The notes under the pieces are model-generated. The model was not told the origin of the DNA. It saw only the letters and a program-made list of their open reading frames with translations, and made no database searches. This document shows, one piece after another, positions 52,612 to 64,000 of a DNA stretch of 64,000 nucleotides. Position 1 is the first letter of the stretch. Each line of letters starts with the position of its first letter. Source of the stretch: Eledone cirrhosa (taxonomy: Eukaryota); assembly GCA_964016885.1 (NCBI GenBank), contig OZ024743.1, positions 313,720,001 through 313,784,000 of the forward strand. The letters are read 5' to 3'. The translations under genes and the position numbers were made by a program.

Positions 52612-53533
52612 GTGTCATGCCAGAAAGACATGCGCCATATCACCCGGCATCGTTATGTAACTACCTTTGCGAACAAGACCTGGCAACTGAGGGAAACTAA
52701 CCAGCAATACACCCTGAAGTGGAAGAAATTATCGAACACGCCTGCATATCGGAGTGGTATGAGAAGCTGTCGATTGTGTGACCTTGAACTGTTCCACATT
52801 TTGAGTTCGAAGAATAAGTTACTCAACAATAAAATCGAAAGAACAATTTATTGCAACCATAGACTTAAAGAAAAATTTGCGCACTACAAGTGCAAATCGA
52901 ACCCTTAACCTCTTACTACTACCACCTGACAAACTGCATATACTTAGACTTTCTACCCTCTTATTGAATCTAACCCCTTTTAATTACCCACAGTAACCAA
53001 TACTTATGTCCCTCTCTCCTCCTTCTTTCCTTTTTTCTTTTCTTTTCTTCTTTTCTTGTTCTCTTTTCTTTTCTTCTTTTTTTATCTTCCCCCTTTTTAT
53101 ATATATATATATATATCTCCCTATCTCTCCCCCTCCCTCTCTCGCTCTCTCTCTCTCTATCTCTCTCTCTCCCTCCCACTATAATCAATTTAATTCTCTT
53201 TAACTCCCTACACTGAAAATTGACGACATCAAGTCTACCAATCAAAACTGATTGAGGAATCGTTCCATATTTACCCCTCCCTCCATCTCCGTTTGTGCCT
53301 CTACTTCCTAATTCTTCTCCCCCTTCCTCTCTCTCTATACTAGTAAATACGATTTTTAAAAATGTTGTTTTTTTTATATATTAAGAACCTTTTGAAAATT
53401 TGGAGGTGAATAACAATTATTATCGAGTGGCTGCTATCTGCAGTATAGCGATATAAGGTTGCGCTTACCAATGAAACGGTCGTAAATACCTGGATAAAAT
53501 CCTTTTTTAATGCTTACCTGTGTTTTCTCATTT

Positions 53534-53540
<7 letters not shown>
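52612..53540 (+). mobile_element. Naiad-type PLE 3' end (GIY-YIG C-terminus 52612-52908 plus 3' region) ending at (TA)n
   Basis: TWQLRE..YTLKWK..AYRSGMRSCRLCDLELFHI..LLNNKIE..YCNHR; U3-A8 hammerhead-like motif at 53390-53486. Confidence 0.7.
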
Positions 53541-53568
<28 letters not shown>

Positions 53569-53569
53569 T

Positions 53570-54540
53570 AAGTTGACGGGACTAGCATGGGTTTCACTGC
53601 TAGTACCGGTTGCATCTCAGCGTACTCAATGAGTAATGTTATGTAAAATCCCAGAGTAGACTCATAGTTATTCGCTTCAATACAACATACGTAAAAGGGA
53701 ACCTTCAATTTATTCCCGTACTCGAGTTTCGGCCACGCTTAATGCAGCAATAGATTGAACACCATCCACTGTCTGCATTTATTATGCAACAATGCACAAA
53801 CAGTGCATGTGGTTCCATGAGCGGGTTTCGCCTAATCAATAACCAATCGATCGACAGGATTCGATTCGAGTCCGTGTCGGTTATGTTAAGTGAATGTGAC
53901 CGTCAACACAGTAAAACATTTGCAACTGAAATCTCTACGCGTCATCACAATGCCACCAACCAATTGGCTACTGCTTCAGAAATAAATTCACGTGACGGTA
54001 GGAGACGTAGCTCAAATAGTTCTGCTACCGCCATAAGCACTCAGCCAAAGTATTTCAAGCACAGATTAACAAGTGAGTGAAAAAAATTGGTTATTAGACA
54101 AAGTCAGTCTCGAATCGCTGTAAAATAGAATAACAGCATTCCGCTGCAGTCTCTAAGTAACATCGCGAGAAATAGTGCGACAGTAACAATGGTAGTAGCT
54201 AAAACCTTTCCGGACATTAAATGCCAGCAGGCGATTAGACAACGATATAGTTAGCACGCTGGTTAGAATTCGAATTCTAGATATTTCGGCCAACCACGAG
54301 TGTAAACGGGTCAATTTCACAACTTGCACGATTCAATAGGCGAGTGAGAGAGGAAGATAGAAATTGTATTAGAGCGCATACTAAACAAAACAGAATAAAA
54401 AATTGTAGAACTTACTCTCATTGTTAATCTGCTATTTTGGAAAAAATAATAAGTTTACGGGACTAGCATGGGTTTTTCTGCTAGTACCGGTTCAATCTCA
54501 GCGTACTTAATATGCAATGCTATGTAAAATCCCAGAGTAT
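53570..54540 (-). mobile_element. Non-coding unit with ~88-bp direct terminal repeats (period 881 bp) between TA tracts
   Basis: 53570-53658 repeats at 54451-54539; decayed hammerhead at 53715-53825 on the minus strand. Confidence 0.65.
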
Positions 54541-55074
54541 ATATATACACACAGACATATATATATATATGACCGTTTATATACAAATACAAATATGCGT
54601 ACATGCACATAGAAATATGCGTGCATATTTAAATAAGTACAAACATGAATATACAAGTCCTAATGTATGCATACATATATACGACAGACGCGCGTGTGTG
54701 TGTGCATATAGTGGTGGGGGATGGTGGGGATAGTGTTGGTGACTGTGAACATAAAGCGATGTAGTTCAAATTAAAAGAATTAAGTACAATGAAGATTATG
54801 GAAATATAAAATTATAGAATATGAAGTGTATAGCTGTGATATATAAAAGTGGTTGAATGTATGATAATAGTGATGGTGGAAGTTATGATGGGTGAATGGG
54901 CGATGGCAGGGTGGTATGGGAGTTTAGTAAATATGCGAAATACCTAAGATATATGAGATATAAATATCATTTTTGTAGATATAGTGGAGATTATGGAAAT
55001 ATAAATATGGAATTATATAATATGATGATAGTGGTAGTGACGGTGTAGTGTGGTTATCAGGCAAATATAAGATA

Positions 55075-55600
55075 TCTATCTATCTAGGGCGGGTAAAATC
55101 CCTGAGATCCATGGACGAGTTCTCTCCAGCGGTCTCTGTCCCTCATTATCGCTGCCATGTCCTGCGTCTCCAACAGATTAGTGTCTGTCCTTAGGGCATC
55201 AACATACGTTAACTTTGGTCTTCCTCTTCCAGCGTGTCCATGCAAGGGCTCCCACAGGAGCACTGAGTGCATTGTCAACTTTGGATGTCGGTGAGCATGT
55301 CCAGCTAACCTCAGTCTCTTCTGTGTCACTTTTGAGCTGTCTTTTGGGAGGCTCCCATACAGCTCTGAGTTTTTCATCCTCAGTGTATACTGATTAATGT
55401 TCAGAGTCATCCTCAGCATTCTCGTGTAGCACCCATCAACCATCTGAGAGTGTTTCTTGGTCAGTATCCGAGTCTCAGACCCGTACAGCAGCACATATCC
55501 ATTACAGCAATGAAGAAGCGGATCTTCAGGTCTTTGCGAAGGTCCGACTTCCACACCGATCTCAAACTGTGGCACGGCTTTGCTCTTCCTCTCAACCACA
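55075..55600 (-). mobile_element. RTE-type LINE 3' fragment
   Basis: VWKSDLRKDLKIRFF / VLLYGSET..DGCYTRMLRM..RLRLAGH..VLLWEP..GRGRPKLTYVD..DRDRWR; (TAGA)n tail. Confidence 0.85.
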
Positions 55601-55966
55601 TCATATATATAAGGTATGGAAATATAAATATTATGGAATTATATATGATGATAGTGGTAGTGACGGTGTGGTGTGAGTATCAGACAAATATAAGATATAA
55701 GGTATGAGGAATAAAGGATGATGAAAAAGCTGAAAAAATGAAAAATGGGAAAGTGGGAAATGAAAGACGAAAAATTGAAAAGCTCGAAAAATGAAAATAA
55801 TGACAAAATGACAAAATGAAAGAAAAGAAATTAAAAATTAATTAATTTAAAATTGTTTTAAATTTTAAATTAAAAATATAGAAATTTTAAAATTTTAAAA
55901 TCTAAACATAAAAAAATTGAAAAATAATAATAACAATAATGCTTTCTTTATTCATTTTATAATAAT

Positions 55967-56149
55967 TGTTTCTATTTTAGGCACAAGGCCAGCAATTACC
56001 CAGTGCTTTACTGGTACTTTATTTTATCAACCCCGTAAGGATGAAAGGCAAAGTTAACCTCGGCGGGATTTGAACTCAGATCATAAAGGGACGTAACTCT
56101 ATGCTTCAAAGCATGGTGTCCGGCTCTCTACCGATACTGCCAATCCACC
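55967..56149 (-). mobile_element. tRNA-derived SINE with ~17-bp TSD
   Basis: ATTCATTTTATAATAAT on both sides (55950 and 56150). Confidence 0.9.
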
Positions 56150-56284
56150 ATTCATTTTATAATAATAATTATAATAATATAAACATAATATGTATAAAAG
56201 TACTAGAAGAATATAAGGATGGTGGAGGTCATGGAATATATTGTATGAAATATGACATACTATATAAGAGAGGTGAAATATATA

Positions 56285-56492
56285 ATTTCAATATAGGCAC
56301 AAGGCTAGTAATTTGGGAGAAAGGGAAGTCGATTAAATCGACCCCAGTAAATTACTGGTGCGTATTTTATCGACCCCGTAAGGATGTAAGGCAAAGTTAA
56401 CCTCGGCGGGATTTGAACTCAGGCCATAAAGGACCGTAACTCTATGCTGCAAAGCATGGTGTCCGACTCTACTGTTACTACCAATCCACCGC
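56285..56492 (-). mobile_element. tRNA-derived SINE (longer subfamily)
   Basis: Same head as 55967, with an extra GGGGTCGATTTAATCGACTT segment. Confidence 0.85.
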
Positions 56493-56719
56493 TCGAAGAG
56501 AGGATAAATATATGGAACAGATTGTTTTTGATGCTGGGTTATACGCAGTTAGCGAGGTGGAAGGGGTAGCAGTAGTTGCCGAGATATAGACTCTAGACGG
56601 GATGGGGGTGCCTTCCGACATTTACACAATCGGGTACACATCGTTATCTGGTGAGTAATCCGTAAGGCAGTGGGTTATCTGGTGTACTTCCGAGAGAGTA
56701 GATGTGCTTGAAGTAACAC

Positions 56720-57107
56720 AAGCACAACGATTTTTGTGTAAGCAAGAGGACATTGCTTGCACCCGATAGTTCAAGATGTTAGTTGACGAGACTTGAACAT
56801 GGTGTTTTTCAGTGATAAATAAGTGGCATCACGTGCCACGTTCGTTGTAGGCTGTCGCTGTTGGCACGATACTCCATTTAATGGTAAGGTTTTCCATCCC
56901 GCTGTCTTCCAATAGCCAAATATATATTGATAGGCATTTGAATTCTTCAATCGTCTGTAATTGAACGTATACAGGTGTTGAGAAAAGCGAGATTTAAATG
57001 TATTTTTGGCTAGTCCAATGTACAATTTTTATAGTAATTGGCTTTATATACAAGTTCCTATGCAGGTATTTTTTCTGCAGTGGGCATCTAGTTTGGTCTC
57101 TACAATT
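56720..57107 (-). mobile_element. Naiad-type PLE GIY-YIG fragment, frameshifted
   Basis: NCRDQTRCPLQK..YIGLAKNTFKSRFSQHLYTF..LSIYIWLL..IKWSI..AYN...CHL..EKH..SCLHKN. Confidence 0.78.
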
Positions 57108-57114
57108 ACTTTCC

Positions 57115-57497
57115 CTGGTGGTTTTGGACAAGGCGAAAAGGTTCGTGCCTGATTGTAGATGTAGCCTGCCCATTTGACACGAGAGTGCAAGAAAAAGAGA
57201 GGGAGAAAATTAACCGATACCAGGATTTAAAGTGGGATTTAAAAAGGATTTGGAGCAGACATGAAATCAACGTCGTCCCGATTGTAATAGGCGCACTAGG
57301 TACTATCACAAAGAGTTTCCAAGGATGGTTAAAGAAGATTAGTCAAGATCCTCTTTTTGGAACACTTCAAAAGGCATGCTTGCTGGGAACAGCAAGAACC
57401 CTCCGATACGTCCTGAATATCAGAGGCTGCGGGTAGCGGCTTGATATTCATTTCAACAAACTTTCCAGTTAAATAACATCAATGACTGAAACACAAA

Positions 57498-57498
<1 letters not shown>
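57115..57498 (+). mobile_element. R4/Dong-type family B' 3' fragment
   Basis: ORF 57185-57436 is closely similar to the C-terminus of 59095-59748; (TAA)n follows at 57499-57558. Confidence 0.9.
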
Positions 57499-57558
<60 letters not shown>

Positions 57559-59822
57559 TTGAGTATCACAGTTGAAACTCTTAAGGGGCAAGCCAAAAAA
57601 CTAACCAACTGGAAATCACCAGGCCCAGATGGTGTGCAGGGGTATTGGATTAAACATTTAACATCCCTCCACCCGAAGCTGACGGCCATGTTCAATGACT
57701 GCTTGGTGTCGGGTGAGGTGCCAGAGTGGTTGACAAAAGGTACCACAGTTCTGATAATGAAAGACCGAATCAAGGGTAATGATGCTACCAACTATAGACC
57801 TATCACATGTCTGCCCGTAATGTGGAAACTGTTGACGAGCATTGTGTCTGAGGAAATCTACCATCACCTCCACACAAACAACTTGTTACCGGACGAACAG
57901 AAAGGATGCCGAAAGAAGTCACGTGGTACAAAGGACCAGTTGCTTATTGATAAGATGGTAATGGGGAATTGCAGGAGGAGACACACTGATCTTGCCATGG
58001 GATGGATAGACTACAGAAAGGCATTTGACATGGTGCCTCATTCCTGGATCACCAAAAGCCTGGAGATCTTCAGGGTGGCGGATAACATCAGACAGTTGCT
58101 AGGCAGGAGTATGGGGTCCTGGGAGACAGAGCTGACATCAACTGGAGTATCCTTGGGAAGCGTGAAGATCAAGAGAGGTATCTTCCAGGGAGATAGCCTG
58201 TCCCCTCTGTTGTTTGTCCTTGCCCTGATGCCCTTGACCATTATGCTGCGAAAAGTGAGAGCAGGATACAAGTTGGGAAGGGGAGAGCTTACCATCAATC
58301 ACCTCCTCTTCATGGACGATCTTAAGCTCTTCGGGAAAAGTGAGAAGGAGTTGGATGTGCTTGTTGACACTGTCCGTATTTTCAGCAGTGATATATGTAT
58401 GCAGTTTGGTATTGGTAAATGTGGAGTCATTGTGATGAAGAGAGGTAGGTTGAGCAGAAGTAACGGGATCCAGATACCAACAGGTGAGATGATAAAGGAA
58501 ATTGACTCTGAGGAAGGATACAAGTATTTGGGCGTTCTGGAGGCTGATGGCATAAAGAACAAAAAAATGAAGGAATTGTTAAGAACTGAATACATTCGGA
58601 GAGTAAGGAGCGTATTGAAGTCACATCTGAACAGCAGAAATGCCATAAGCGCAGTAAATTCCCGAGCTGTGTCTATTATTAGGTACAGTGCGGGAATTCT
58701 GAGATGGAATGTTGCTGAACAAAAAGAAATGGATAGGAAGACTAGGAAACTATTGACTATCTACAACATGTTCCACAGGAGGAGTGATGTCGATAGACTC
58801 TACCTAAGGAGATCTGAGGGTGGAAGAGGTCTTATCAGCATAGAGGACTGTGTTCGGATGGAGAAAAACAACCTATACAAATACGTGACCTATAGTAAGG
58901 AGCCAATGCTCAGAACTGTACTGAAGGAGGGGACAGTAGGCCAGGGGATGTCCAAGGAGGAAATAACATCAAGGAGGAAGAGCAGCCTTAAGGGAAAATC
59001 CCTTCATAGTACCTTCTTTGAGAAAACTGAATTTAGAGATCCACAGACATGGAACTGGTTGAGAAGAGGAGACCTCAAAAAGGCTACATAAGGAATGCTA
59101 ATGGCTGCGCAGGAGCAGGCCCTCAAAACGAAGTGGTTGAAGCACCATATCTACAAGGAGGAGGCTAGCCCACTGTGCAGGATCTGTGGAGAGAGAGAGG
59201 AGACTGTGGCTCACATTGTGTCCGAGTGTAAACACCTAGCCCAGACCCACTATAAGGGCTGGAGACACGATGTGATGGGCAGGGTGATTCACTGGCACCT
59301 GTGCAAAGTAAACAATCTACCACATTCTGAGAAATGGTATGAGCATAGGCCAGAGGCGGTGATGGAGAACAATCAGGTGAAGGTGCTGTGGGATTTTAGG
59401 ATACAGACGGACAAAAAACTGGAACACAATAGACCTGACCTGGTGGTTGTGGACAAAGAAAAAAGATCGTGCCTGATTGTGGATGTGGCCTGCCCGTTCG
59501 ACACGAGAGTGCAAGAGAAGGAGAGGGAGAAAATTAACCGATACCAGGACCTAAAGTGGGAGGTGAAAAGGATTTGGAACTGCCATGAAGTCAAAGTGAT
59601 CCCGATTGTCATAGGCGCACTGGGGACTATCTCCAAAAGTTTCCAGGGATGGTTAAAGAAAATCGGCCCCTTCACGCTTTTTGGAACGCTTCAAAAGGCA
59701 TGCTTGCTTGGAACAGCAAGAACCCTCCGATACGTCCTGAATATCTGAGGCTGCAGGTAGTGGCTTGATATTCAATCCAACGGACTTTCCAGTTAACCAA
59801 CATCAATGACTGAGATTCAAGG
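57559..59822 (+). mobile_element. R4/Dong-type family B, 5'-truncated; one nonsense codon at 59089-59091
   Basis: ORFs 57559-59091 and 59095-59748 are in the same frame: RT (IDYRKAFD, QGDSLSP, FMDD), CRIC..H...C, RPDLVV..D..K; (TAA)n at 59823-59891. Confidence 0.95.
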
Positions 59823-59856
59823 AATAACAATAACAATAATAATAATAATAATAATG

Positions 59857-59891
<35 letters not shown>

Positions 59892-59893
<2 letters not shown>

Positions 59894-62800
59894 GGCCAAA
59901 CGTCAACAACTATGGCACTGCTGGCTCCCCCCTTCCCCACCAACAATATAAAAAGCCCCAGCACCACCACCGACATAGCCAACAACAATAACAGGCAACT
60001 TCAGCAAAAAGTATATTATATTATTGTAATGCACTGGGTAATTGCGGGCCTTGTGCCTGGAGTGGAGACAATTGTTAATAATTTCATTCTTAAGCCACGC
60101 AATGCTCACATTAAGGAACCACTCATGATGATAACAATTTAAAAAAAACAACAAAAAAGAAAACCCCGTGACCAAGAAATACCGGGATGGCGGCCGGCGG
60201 GGAATAGCCGTGTCTCTAGGGGAGAACGACCCCTCTAGTCTTGGTTGACACTCGTTCTAGAAGTGGTAACACGAAATGATTACCCCTTGGCGGATAAGGA
60301 TAAAACGCGACAAAATAAAGAAGTCCTTGAGGCTTTCTACACTGCCATGTACTACCCATCAAATACATCGAATACAGAACAGACATATATCAACTGGAAA
60401 AAGAAACATCCCGAAAACAGAGGCTATATTGACAGTAACAAACTAGCCAATATACGAAGAAATATTGTAAAAAAAAAGTTACTAACTGATATAGAAATTG
60501 ATCAGATCAAGCTATTAGCACAAAGTCAGCGAAGGGAAAATGAAACATGTGTCAGTGAAAACGAGGTAAATTGTAACACTTCGAATCCCAGGGTTGGGGC
60601 GGAATCACTGACAACAGAACAAATTAAAGAAAGGATCGAAAAAGTGGAGGGAGTGCATGCTCAAGGTGAAACTCCAAATGAAAACAATGAGATCGTAAAT
60701 GATAAAGAAATGAATGAGAATGAACTTGCCAACTTGAAGGATGAAATTATGATCGAATGGATGAAAATGAAAGAATCTGACATGGGGGAACGAGACACCC
60801 TCCCTAAGATCCAGAACTCCAAACAGAACCAAAAGATAATACACAAGACTAACATAATTCTCAAAAACATTATCATCACAAACAAACTAAACATTACTTA
60901 TTTAAATCATCTCTATTATGTATCGGCTAAAGTCACCACTCACTTATGTGGAGTGAAGATGAAAAAACAAAGGAATTCCCACAAGAAATCTACTTGGCAA
61001 GAGAACATCAATCGCCAAATAAACCTTCTCCGATCTGACATAGAAATTTTAAAAAACTATAAAGTAGGTGAACATGTTAAACAAACTAAACTTAGAAAAT
61101 TGAAAAGAAAGTACAGTATAAAACCAACAAGTGACATAGGCATGCTGATAGAAATAATCAAGCAAAAAGTGTCGGCCAAAGCTGCTCGTATAAGGCGCTT
61201 TGAAAAACGATCTAGATTCTATAAGGACAATAATATGTTCAAAAACAACCAAAGAAACTACTACAGAAAAATTGGTAAGTCAACAATAACTGCTAAATCA
61301 ATACCACCCAAGGAGGAAGTGCAAGAATTCTGGGAAAAGATTTGGGCCGAAGAAAAAGTACTTAATATACATGCCCCATGGATAGACAGACAAATGAAAG
61401 ATACAGCTCACCTTGAGGAACAAATATGGGAAAATATAACAGTTGAACAGTTGCGTTTGGCTCTTAGAAAAACCAGCAAATGGAAATCCCCAGGAAAAGA
61501 CAAAATACAAAATTTTTGGATACATGCCTCCACAGAGTCTCATGAGCTGTTAGCCAACTTTACAATGAAATAGTTAAGGAGACAGAAAAGATACCATCAT
61601 GGCTAGTTAACGGCATTACATTTCTGCTTCCGAAGAATGATGAGACAGACAATCCCCAAAATTACAGACCGATAACTTGCTTGACCACAATGTATAAAAT
61701 TTTAACATCAGTCCTAACTGAATATACATATGACCACCTGATAACAAATGACCTATTTCCCATTGAGCAGAAAGGGTGTAAACGAGGCTCATATGGCTGT
61801 AAGGATCAGCTTTTATTTAACAAAATGATACTGGAAGATTGTCATAATAGACACAAAAATCTATCAATTGCTTGGATAGATTATAAAAAAGCATTCGATA
61901 GTTTGCCACACAGTTGGATTGAAAAATGTTTAGAGATTTTCAAAATATCCCCCGTTATCAGGAGGTTTTTGTCGTTCAGTATGAAGACATGGAAAATGAC
62001 ACTCCTTTTGAATAGTGAAACAAAATCACTGGAAGCTGGAGAAGTTAATATTAATTGTGGATTTTTTCCGGGTGACTCTTTATCACCGCTTTTATTCTGC
62101 ATCGCACTTATACCATTAAGTAAAATGCTCAATGAAACAAAACATGGATATAAAGTCTATGACAAAACCATTAATCACTTGTTCTACATGGATGACCTGA
62201 AACTATTTGCAAAAAATGATGAACATGGCAAGGGCTATTATCCACTGTGGAGCAGTTCAGTGATGACATTAAAATGGAGTTTGTACTAGATAAATGCGCC
62301 AAAGCAACGTTCACCAGAGGAAAGCTCATGAAGAGTTCAGACATTAATCTTGATCGAGGGAATGTGATAAGAGAACTTGATCAAGAGGAAACTTACAAAT
62401 ATCTAGGTGTTTGTGAAGGAGATGGAATCAAGCACTGGACACTGAGGGAAAGGATAAGGAAGGAATGTTACCGCAGAGTAAGAGCAATCTTAAGAACGGA
62501 ATTGAATGCAAGCAATAGGATCGATGCCATAAACACGCTTGCCATACCAGTAATAACCTACAGTTACAATGTCATCAACTGGTCAAGCACAGAGATCCGT
62601 AGGCTCGATACAAAAATTCGAAAATTCTTAACCATGCACAGAATGCATCACCCTAAGGCAGATACAGATAGAATATATCTCCCTAGGAAAGAAGGAGGAC
62701 GTGGGTTAATCCAGTTAGACATTGCGTTGAAAACTGCAACAATTGGATTATCTACCTATCTAAGGGAATCACATGATTGGATGATCAAACTCGTTTTGAA

Positions 62801-63879
62801 ACACGAAAGCATCAAAAGATCATACTCCATTACAAAAGATGCACAAAGATACAGTAATGGACTACACATTTCAGAAGTCCAATTTACTGCTGAAATGGAA
62901 AACACAGAAAAAGCAAAGCAGGTAAAAGTAACTGCAAAGAAAGAACAGCTACAGAAACTGGCTAAGAAATGGCAAGAAAAGCCTCTGTATGGAAAATACC
63001 CAGAACGAGCTAACAATCCTGATGTTGACAAAACTTTAACCCATCAGTGGTTGGCATCCTCTGGACTGAAATCGGAGACTGAAGGACTGATTATATCAGC
63101 ACAAGATCAGTGTCTGCAAAACAAAAAATTACCAAGCCAACATAATAAAAAAATGGATGCAGCCCATTATGCCGTGTATGTAAAAAACAACCAGAGACCA
63201 TTGACCATATAATTTCAATGTGCAGTCCTATAGCTCCAACCGAATACCTAAACAGGCATGACAGAGCTGCACAATACATGCATTGGATAATGTGTAAGCA
63301 TTTTGACCTGCCCCATCAAAAGAATTGGTGGGAGCATCAACCACCTCCCATACTTGAAAAAGATAACATCTCAATCTTGTGGAACTTTAGTATCCAAACA
63401 TACCGAAAAATAGATGCAAATAGACCTGATATAATATTGAAGGACTTTAAAAAGAGGGTATGCCTGCTAATTGATATGTCCGTTCCAATAGACAAGAATG
63501 TATCTATAAAAACATTTGAAAAATTGAGCAAGTATAAGGACCTGGAGATAGAAATTGGAAAAATGTGAAAATTGAGAACTAAAACAATACCAGTAGTTGT
63601 AAGCGCTCTAGGAATGATACCTAAGGGGTCTAATGATTACTTATCGCAAATCCCAGGAAACCCGCGTATAGGAGAAATACAAAAGATAGTACTAATGGGA
63701 ACTGCCCATATACTAAGGAAGATTCTGTCAATATAAGTACATCACAAGTCTAAACACTAAAGATGCATGTGTGAGTATGTATGTTCTTTCTTGAACATGG
63801 CAGACTTTGTTGTCTCTTGAGGTCACCGGTTGTGACTTGGTGATAACTCGTATGAACATAAAGCAAGATAAATGCAGCT

Positions 63880-63880
<1 letters not shown>
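59892..63880 (+). mobile_element. R4/Dong-type family A copy 3 (frameshifted, 238-bp 5' deletion)
   Basis: Colinear with 30630-34666; ORF pieces 60245-61573, 61681-62289, 62247-63212 and 63218-63568; (TAA)n at 63881-63947. Confidence 0.95.
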
Positions 63881-63943
<63 letters not shown>

Positions 63944-64000
63944 TAATGATTTCTTTATTAACCACAAGGGTTTACATAAAGTAGACATTAAGGACAGTGC

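Noticed and set aside
56829-56831. In-frame TGA in the Naiad-type EN as selenocysteine
   Set aside because: It lies just before, not at, the conserved Cys in a frameshifted copy; CGA-to-TGA decay is the simpler explanation.
59089-59091. Programmed read-through in family B
   Set aside because: TAA replaces the conserved Glu of the TEG motif (a single G>T change); an ordinary nonsense mutation.

Overview
AT-rich, microsatellite-dense eukaryotic DNA; I see no recognisable host gene. The tRNA-derived and CORE-like SINEs suggest an invertebrate, probably an octopus-type cephalopod (inference). The window is almost entirely mobile DNA. (1) Two head-to-tail arrays of R4/Dong-type non-LTR retrotransposons (RT plus restriction-like endonuclease) are joined by (TAA)n tracts, at 30.6-37.9 kb and 57.1-63.9 kb. 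(2) There are fragments of Penelope-like elements (PLE; RT and GIY-YIG) and many short non-coding PLE pLTR- or retrozyme-like units that abut (TA)n tracts, often as fold-back inverted repeats. (3) There is also an internally deleted mariner nested in an L1/Tx1 remnant, RTE and CRE-like remnants, and many SINEs. The most striking signal, found by hand-folding, is more than ten distinct type I hammerhead ribozyme families in the (TA)n-associated units. At least four sequence families carry a compensatory U3-A8 core (UUGANAA), most have a family-specific palindromic stem III, and one lies in a 318-320 bp tandem repeat resembling a non-LTR retrozyme. All RNA folds are manual and untested, and most element boundaries are approximate.
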